Below the pieces are notes generated by a model. The model saw only the letters and a list, made by a program, of their open reading frames with translations, made no database searches and had not been told where the DNA came from. From sequence record KP869113: a stretch of DNA of 64,000 nt; one strand, 5' to 3'. This DNA is from Escherichia coli O157 typing phage 15. Shown here piece after piece: positions 58,469-64,000 of the stretch. A program made the position numbers and the translations under genes. The number at the start of each line of letters is the position of its first letter. Position 1 is the first letter of the stretch.

Positions 58469-58645
58469 TTACTTATTAAACATTTTACCAGAACCACCAC
58501 ACATAGGGCAACAACCTGCTCTTGTATACCCTTCTCCGTTACAGTAGTCACACTTCTTGTGTTCTGCAAAGTACTTACAAAGAAGATAAACAAGGACTGC
58601 TACACTACCAAGTGACAGTAAAATTTCTACCCAATATGCTTGCAT
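58469..58645 (-). CDS. Small membrane protein with DnaJ-type CxxCxGxG zinc finger (58 aa)
   Basis: Hand-translated MQAYWVEILLSLGSVAVLVYLLCKYFAEHKKCDYCNGEGYTRAGCCPMCGGSGKMFNK; below the 60-aa track cutoff. Confidence 0.35.
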   Translation of the reverse strand: MQAYWVEILLSLGSVAVLVYLLCKYFAEHKKCDYCNGEGYTRAGCCPMCGGSGKMFNK

Positions 58646-58974
58646 GACTCACCCCTCATGTTTTTGTAAAGGATAAAGCTTCTGTCATGGACGATACTTG
58701 TAGATACTGCAAAGTTACTTTCAAGCATCTGTTTGTTTGGATTGTAGAAGCTTTTTTTAAACTCGTCAAGTGCAAATTGGTGATGGTCTGGAAGACCTTT
58801 TACACAAACTTTTATTGTGATTGCTGCTGCAATCTTGCCAGTCAGTTCTTCTTTAGCTGCTACTAAAATTTTGTTAAGGAACTTTTTACCATCTTCAGGT
58901 TTCTTAATGTTCTCCCAACGTTCTTCTAAGATAATGTTGATGTTCATCTCTTTGATTTTCATAGTTTTCACCAA
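58627..58974 (-). CDS. Hypothetical protein (115 aa)
   Basis: Track ORF. Confidence 0.4.
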   Translation of the reverse strand: MVKTMKIKEMNINIILEERWENIKKPEDGKKFLNKILVAAKEELTGKIAAAITIKVCVKGLPDHHQFALDEFKKSFYNPNKQMLESNFAVSTSIVHDRSFILYKNMRGESCKHIG

Positions 58975-59312
58975 GTCCAGTTAATGAGTATGCCATCGAA
59001 ACCTTTTGCTAAAGGTACACCCTCATGTTCATAAAATTCAGGATTAACTTCGAATCCACGATTTTCAATATACTCTATCATGTATTTCATTACAAAGCTA
59101 ATCTCTTCGTAGTCATCTGGGTCTCTGCCAAAGAACTGTTCTATGACAAACATACCTTCTTTTGTAGCAAATTGGCAGTGGTGATTGTAGATACCTTCAC
59201 AAAACTTTTCAAACTTTTCTTTACCGAGAACTTTAAGGATGTCTGTATAGGCAACTTGTAAGTATTTCGGTTGTACAGGTTTATTGTTAAACCATATGGA
59301 AAGGTTGTCCAT
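58968..59312 (-). CDS. Hypothetical protein (114 aa)
   Basis: Track ORF. Confidence 0.4.
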   Translation of the reverse strand: MDNLSIWFNNKPVQPKYLQVAYTDILKVLGKEKFEKFCEGIYNHHCQFATKEGMFVIEQFFGRDPDDYEEISFVMKYMIEYIENRGFEVNPEFYEHEGVPLAKGFDGILINWTW

Positions 59313-59365
59313 AGCATTCTCCAGAAATTAAAAAGGCTCCCGTAGGAGCCTCTTATCATATACTT

Positions 59366-61147
59366 TTAAAGCTGCTTGTCAATATTATTTCGAATATCAC
59401 CAAGAGTTGTGTAACCGTACTGCTCAGAGTCGCTAAAGACTAAACGTAAAGCACAAGCTGGATGTTCAAGTGCATCTGCAAAGCTCTGGAATCCATAGCC
59501 ATCTACAGCTTTCAAATTCTCACCATCCCACATAGGTGCTACACCACCAAAGGCAGATTTCTTAACACCACTATCTGTTTTAGGGTCTTTTGCAAGCATA
59601 ATCTCTTTGCCACCAATGCTTGCAAGAGTTGCTTTGACAGCAAATGCAAAGGTGTCACGAGTCATGTACTGGTAAGTGTAAGAGCCTACACCAAACACCA
59701 CGTTAGAGCTTGCAAACCCCATTTCATACAGACGCTTCAGGATTTCGTTTGCACGTTCCAACGTGATAGAGTCGCCATAGATAAGTCCAATGTGCTCATC
59801 CAGTACCTTAAAACCTTTAGAGTTGATAGTTCCTCCAAAGATGTTATACAAGGTCTTAATAGCTCCATCAATCTCTGCTACAGGGCGTGTTACAACGTTT
59901 GCAGAACCAACCATATAAGCGTTCTTCAACATCACTGTATCAGCAACTTCAAAGTCTTCTCTGTCAACAACCATTTCGTAGCCTTCTGACAGTAGCCATC
60001 CAGCAATACCATAGTTGATGTTTTCAAGCTTCATGTTAAGAACAGCATTCAACATTGTGTCACTGACTTCCAGCTTGCTTAGGTGCTCGTAATAAGCCTT
60101 CTTAGCACATTCTAAGTGGATTGCTTTATAACCTGTGACAATATGTACAGGGTCTCCAGAGTCAGGGCGAATTACCAGTTTGCCATCACGTTCCATAATT
60201 TCTTTACGAAGTGCTGGTAAGATTTCTGACACAGTTCTCCAGAAGTTATAAGTATCTGAAACAATACTTGCAATACCTGTTGGGTAAGTTTCTGTTAAGA
60301 AACGACGGAAGGTTTGTAACTCACCTTTAAAGCGTCTTTCTTCTTCAATCAACTCATTACCACCTTCCCAAGCAATGTTTGCACACATTACAGAGTGCTC
60401 AGTGGCTGGTACAGAGCTACCAATATCAGAGATTGGGTAGGACTGTCCATAGATTCGTTTAGCCGTGTATACAGCAGGGAAGCTATCAGTCCCTTTAAAG
60501 CTGGTTAAGTGACCTACAGCGTTAAATGCGTCATCAGTAAAGCCGGACATACCACGCATAGCAAAATCATGGCACTGATAAGGTAAATGTAAGTCATTGT
60601 CACAAGTAAGGTCAGCCCACTTCTTACAGATGCGTTTGTAATGCAATGCAATAGTTGCAATGGTGCAAGCCTTCCAAATTTCAGCAGAGAAAGCATCTTC
60701 CAGATAACCTGCTACCCAATGAAAACCTGAAACAGTGTTCTGAAAGACAATCATCGGGACACGCATTGGAACAACTGTGCCTTCTTCTACAGCGTATACT
60801 TCAACTGGTAGATAACCTAAGTCGTGAAGTGCTTCCCAATGCTCTCGACCGATAGCATCTTTACCCAGAACACCATTCATGACTTCTAAGATTTCATCAA
60901 TGGCTTCTTTTTTATCACGTTCAAAGAAAGTGGCATTCCAGTGGTCTATCAAGTAATCTTTAACAAAACGTTGAATACCAAAAGCCACTACACCGTCAAT
61001 TGCTAAAGGGCTGTTAAACCATTTATCACTACGTGGTGTCAGGTTGAACATCAAGTATTCTGTTGCACTAGGATACTGGTAAACATGACCAGATTTGTAA
61101 GCATCTGCATTTAAACCTGCTGGTACTGCATAAAGTGATTTAGTCAT
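59366..61147 (-). CDS. Nicotinamide phosphoribosyltransferase family protein (Nampt/NadV-like; candidate Namat)
   Basis: Conserved Nampt motifs DAYKSGH, HDFAMRG, SFKGTDS, VPATEHSV, VSDTYN, IRPDSGDP; 593 aa with C-terminal extension relative to about 490-aa NadV. Confidence 0.85.
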   Translation of the reverse strand: MTKSLYAVPAGLNADAYKSGHVYQYPSATEYLMFNLTPRSDKWFNSPLAIDGVVAFGIQRFVKDYLIDHWNATFFERDKKEAIDEILEVMNGVLGKDAIGREHWEALHDLGYLPVEVYAVEEGTVVPMRVPMIVFQNTVSGFHWVAGYLEDAFSAEIWKACTIATIALHYKRICKKWADLTCDNDLHLPYQCHDFAMRGMSGFTDDAFNAVGHLTSFKGTDSFPAVYTAKRIYGQSYPISDIGSSVPATEHSVMCANIAWEGGNELIEEERRFKGELQTFRRFLTETYPTGIASIVSDTYNFWRTVSEILPALRKEIMERDGKLVIRPDSGDPVHIVTGYKAIHLECAKKAYYEHLSKLEVSDTMLNAVLNMKLENINYGIAGWLLSEGYEMVVDREDFEVADTVMLKNAYMVGSANVVTRPVAEIDGAIKTLYNIFGGTINSKGFKVLDEHIGLIYGDSITLERANEILKRLYEMGFASSNVVFGVGSYTYQYMTRDTFAFAVKATLASIGGKEIMLAKDPKTDSGVKKSAFGGVAPMWDGENLKAVDGYGFQSFADALEHPACALRLVFSDSEQYGYTTLGDIRNNIDKQL

Positions 61148-61192
61148 CTTTTAATCTCTCTCAAAATGGGGCTTTTAAGCCCCTATAAAGTT

Positions 61193-62089
61193 TCAATCAA
61201 GGTTTGCTACAGTAACTTGACCATAATGTGTTAAGCCACGGTCTTTAGCTTCCCCTAAAGAGTTTGTAGTGTAGATATGGTCAATACCATTGTCAAGAAG
61301 GTTTTCAACATCTTTAGAGAAGATACCATGTGTTACATAGAGTTCCACACGTTTTGTACCTGCTTCACGGAGATGCTTAGCTGCTTCTATGAAGGTTCGA
61401 CCACCATCACAGATATCATCCAGAATCATGACGGTTTTATCTGTCAAATCAACATCATCAAGGATTCGCATACCAGTAATTTCACCAGTCTTAAGGTTAC
61501 GCACCTTAGACATTGTGATATATGGTTTATCCACCTCTTTAGCGGTCTCTGCAACCTTCTTAGCAGCACCTGCATCTGGGGCTACTAAGTAATCAACCAG
61601 TGGGTCATTTGCATAGTGGACTGCAATCTCCTTTTGAGGAATACTCTGGAAGCAGTTAAACAGGTTATCTGGTACATAGCTGTGAGGGTCAACTGCACAG
61701 ACTGCGCCAAATCCCATTGCATTAATCTGTTTAGCAAAAACCTTTAAAGCTGCTGCGTCACCTTTAAACATGTGACGGTCATATCGTGCATTTGGTAAGT
61801 AGTAAAAGATGACAGTCTTTAAAGCATAATCATGAGGAATTAAATCATCAATTGCTTCTTTAGCAAGTGCCACAGCAAACAATGTGTCCTTGTCATAACC
61901 TTTTACAATCATAATCACATTGTTGATGGATGATGCTGCATAAGCAGTAAAATCAACAAACTCTGGCGAAAAGTGTCCACCAATCTCACCAGAAGGGAAT
62001 TGGACGATGTTAAACTCTTCTTCATGAGTCCCTTTAGTTGGTGAATGAACTGTAACACGGATAGATGTTTTCATAGTTTTCTCTCTCAA
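61193..62089 (-). CDS. Ribose-phosphate pyrophosphokinase family protein (Prs-like; candidate ADP-ribose pyrophosphokinase Adps)
   Basis: PRPP-binding loop VMILDDICDGGRT and overall about 300-aa Prs-like architecture; stop overlaps upstream gene start. Confidence 0.7.
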   Translation of the reverse strand: MREKTMKTSIRVTVHSPTKGTHEEEFNIVQFPSGEIGGHFSPEFVDFTAYAASSINNVIMIVKGYDKDTLFAVALAKEAIDDLIPHDYALKTVIFYYLPNARYDRHMFKGDAAALKVFAKQINAMGFGAVCAVDPHSYVPDNLFNCFQSIPQKEIAVHYANDPLVDYLVAPDAGAAKKVAETAKEVDKPYITMSKVRNLKTGEITGMRILDDVDLTDKTVMILDDICDGGRTFIEAAKHLREAGTKRVELYVTHGIFSKDVENLLDNGIDHIYTTNSLGEAKDRGLTHYGQVTVANLD

Positions 62090-62364
62090 TCAAAAGTTAC
62101 GTTTGTTACTGCCATTGCAGATTTGCATTTTGCAGGGTCTACAACGTGATAAAGTACACTACAGTTACCTGTGCTGTCTGGTACAGGTTTAACCCATTGT
62201 TGCTTGACAGTTGGTTCGCCTAAGTCTTTGTAAGAACCATCTGTAAAGTTGTTTACCATCTCAAGTGCAATTGGCTCTGGAACATGACCACGTATCATGT
62301 ACATTTCACAACCATTACCTCCTTCACTGACTAATGGTAAAATCTCCCACTTTTCTTTAGTCAT
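62086..62364 (-). CDS. Hypothetical protein (92 aa) co-transcribed with the Prs-like/Nampt-like pair
   Basis: ORF coupled at both ends (overlapping start/stop codons). Confidence 0.4.
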   Translation of the reverse strand: MTKEKWEILPLVSEGGNGCEMYMIRGHVPEPIALEMVNNFTDGSYKDLGEPTVKQQWVKPVPDSTGNCSVLYHVVDPAKCKSAMAVTNVTFD

Positions 62365-62872
62365 TATAAGTTGCCCTATAAACTGTCTCGAACTTCAACA
62401 GGAGAGATATTGCCAAATCTGTATAGTTGTTGTCAAGCACATCTGGCATATTATTTTTGATATATTTCTCTTGCTCTTCATAGGTCATCTTAGGGATACT
62501 TAGGAGGCTATCTCCTTGCTTCTGGTTATCAGCTTTAGTTTGGATAAACCAGTTTGCACAGTGATGTTCACCACCTTTTGTAACAGGTTTGTGATGACCT
62601 AATGTAAATATTTGCTTACCCGTATACCTGCAAAGATTGTTCAGTGTTGCAATGGTGTTCTTCACAACACACCATTCATACAGGTTATCTATTGTGTAGT
62701 GTGGGTAATAACGGACAAGTGCTCTTTCACGTAAGTTACCACGATTCCAAAGAACCATGTGATTAGAATTTGAAGGGTCATATTTGTGGGAGTCTATAAA
62801 CTCTTGACGCTCATCAAAGCTGAGTCTTAGAACTGACATTGCAACCGAACGTTTCAGGTTTGACAGATACAT
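62357..62872 (-). CDS. HNH endonuclease (171 aa)
   Basis: HNH motif GHHKPVTKGGEHHCANWFIQTKADNQKQGD. Confidence 0.65.
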   Translation of the reverse strand: MYLSNLKRSVAMSVLRLSFDERQEFIDSHKYDPSNSNHMVLWNRGNLRERALVRYYPHYTIDNLYEWCVVKNTIATLNNLCRYTGKQIFTLGHHKPVTKGGEHHCANWFIQTKADNQKQGDSLLSIPKMTYEEQEKYIKNNMPDVLDNNYTDLAISLLLKFETVYRATYND

Positions 62873-62923
62873 TTTACCTCCAAAATAAAAAGGGAACCTT
62901 TACAGTCCCCTTATAGTATCTGT

Positions 62924-63244
62924 TTACTGAGCTACTTTCAAGATTCTTGTGAATGGAATTTCACTTTCTTCCATTAACTCTTTAGTTTCTTTGGTAACTT
63001 TCACAAAGTTATCTAGGCAGATAATCTTCTTATCTTTCTTACTATAGGTTAATTTAACCTTTTCAATATCTTTCTCAGAGCTTTTCTCTTCATTGAAGAG
63101 TTTTACAGCCTCTTTGAATGGGAGATATGAGCCATCATTATCACTAATGAATCCTGTACCACAATAGTAGGAGTTATGTTCTCTAGCCATAAACTGGCAC
63201 AGTAAGAAAATCTGTAATTTACGAGTGTTATAAACTTTGCTCAT
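62924..63244 (-). CDS. Hypothetical protein (106 aa)
   Basis: Track ORF. Confidence 0.4.
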   Translation of the reverse strand: MSKVYNTRKLQIFLLCQFMAREHNSYYCGTGFISDNDGSYLPFKEAVKLFNEEKSSEKDIEKVKLTYSKKDKKIICLDNFVKVTKETKELMEESEIPFTRILKVAQ

Positions 63245-63246
63245 GA

Positions 63247-63510
63247 TTATTTAGCCTTCTTATTACGTTTACGGTTACGGTTACGAGCTTTCTTAGCTGC
63301 GCGTTTAATTGCTGCTGCACCAGTCGGACGATGGGCTTGCTTCTTACCACCTTTGCCACGGCCTACATAGATGCTTTTCATAATCTCATTAGCCAGTTTC
63401 TCATCCATCTTGAAGTTCTGCATAAGATGAGTCACATCAACACCAGTGAGCATACCTAATGAAGCTAGTGCTGCTTTCACTTTTGATTTAAAACTATTCC
63501 AGAGTCCCAT
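63247..63510 (-). CDS. Small protein with highly basic C-terminus (87 aa)
   Basis: C-terminal KRAAKKARNRNRKRNKKAK tail, nucleic-acid-binding character. Confidence 0.4.
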   Translation of the reverse strand: MGLWNSFKSKVKAALASLGMLTGVDVTHLMQNFKMDEKLANEIMKSIYVGRGKGGKKQAHRPTGAAAIKRAAKKARNRNRKRNKKAK

Positions 63511-63634
63511 TTCATATCTCTCTCAATCTTTTCACAAAATGTTTTAAGTTCTTCTTCAGTGATACCAACGGTTAAGTTTGTTCTGTAGAACATTGTAAAG
63601 TGGCTTTTACCGATAACCTACTTTATAACGAGAT

Positions 63635-64000
63635 TTACTCTGCTCTCCACTGACAATCACCTTGCCATCCGTACTCTTTTCTCCAGAGGTTTTGGTTATC
63701 TGAACCACGATACGGTTTAACTGTTGGTTTAGATGAATCATACTTACCATCAATCACCACGTCAACATATTTCATCACATCAAGGTGAATTTTTTCATGT
63801 AACTGAAAACCTGTCCAGAGCCAGATAGATTTTTCTGGGTAAACGGTTTTAATACGTTTGCATATGTTGGTAACCTCTTGAATATTTCTATCATCTAGAG
63901 GTTCTCCACCAAGTATTGACAGCCCACTGATGGCATTATCATCCATTAACTTAATGATGCCATAAAGGTTTGCATAAGTGAACTCTTTACCAGCATTAAA
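63635..64000 (-). CDS. nrdG: Anaerobic ribonucleotide reductase activating protein NrdG, C-terminal part (5' end beyond window)
   Basis: Matches NrdG C-terminal motifs LSILGGEPL, IWLWTGF, VVIDGKY, YRGSDNQ; N-terminal radical-SAM Cys cluster would lie past position 64000. Confidence 0.7.
   Translation of the reverse strand, partial: FNAGKEFTYANLYGIIKLMDDNAISGLSILGGEPLDDRNIQEVTNICKRIKTVYPEKSIWLWTGFQLHEKIHLDVMKYVDVVIDGKYDSSKPTVKPYRGSDNQNLWRKEYGWQGDCQWRAE

Overview
This 64 kb window reads as a virulent, AT-rich tailed-phage genome segment (contractile-tail myovirus; gene content resembles Felix O1-like phages, but that is inferred from memory, not searched). All calls are from manual reading of the supplied ORF translations and hand-folded RNAs; no database search, tRNAscan-SE or HMM was run. 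Layout: (1) 1-2833 is a scaffold patchwork: positions 1-797 duplicate 29286-30160, where the second copy is mostly an N gap, and 898-2733 is a pyrimidine-rich repeat region broken by three 100-N gaps. (2) 2834-3496 is a 5'-truncated thymidylate synthase-like gene on the plus strand. (3) 3534-27443 is a minus-strand late structural operon: lambda-like head module (large terminase, portal, S49 protease/scaffold, decoration protein, E-family major capsid), neck genes, then a Mu/P2-like contractile tail (sheath, tube, chaperones with a -1 frameshift site, tape measure, baseplate, two HxH-repeat tail fibres). (4) 27600-33500 is a minus-strand tRNA array of about 27 distinct tRNAs, whose hand-assigned anticodons cover all 20 amino acids, with an HNH endonuclease gene, a tRNA-like fragment, structured spacers and repeated spacer hairpins. 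(5) 33639-35054 is a vWA/MIDAS protein next to the array. (6) 35757-43646 is a plus-strand block of small genes containing a GH24 endolysin and tandem paralogs with Ig-like repeats. (7) 43940-63999 is a minus-strand early/accessory region: about 15 small genes each behind a repeated promoter/hairpin/RBS cassette, an iteron-like region, and then macro-domain protein, overlapped spanin pair, HAD phosphatase, secreted SLT-domain protein, rIIB/rIIA, a Nampt-like + Prs-like pair (candidate NAD+ reconstitution counter-defence), HNH endonuclease and partial nrdG. The most interesting candidates are the Nampt-like/Prs-like operon together with the macro-domain and HGT-motif proteins, the vWA protein beside the tRNA array, and the covarying hairpin elements inside the array.
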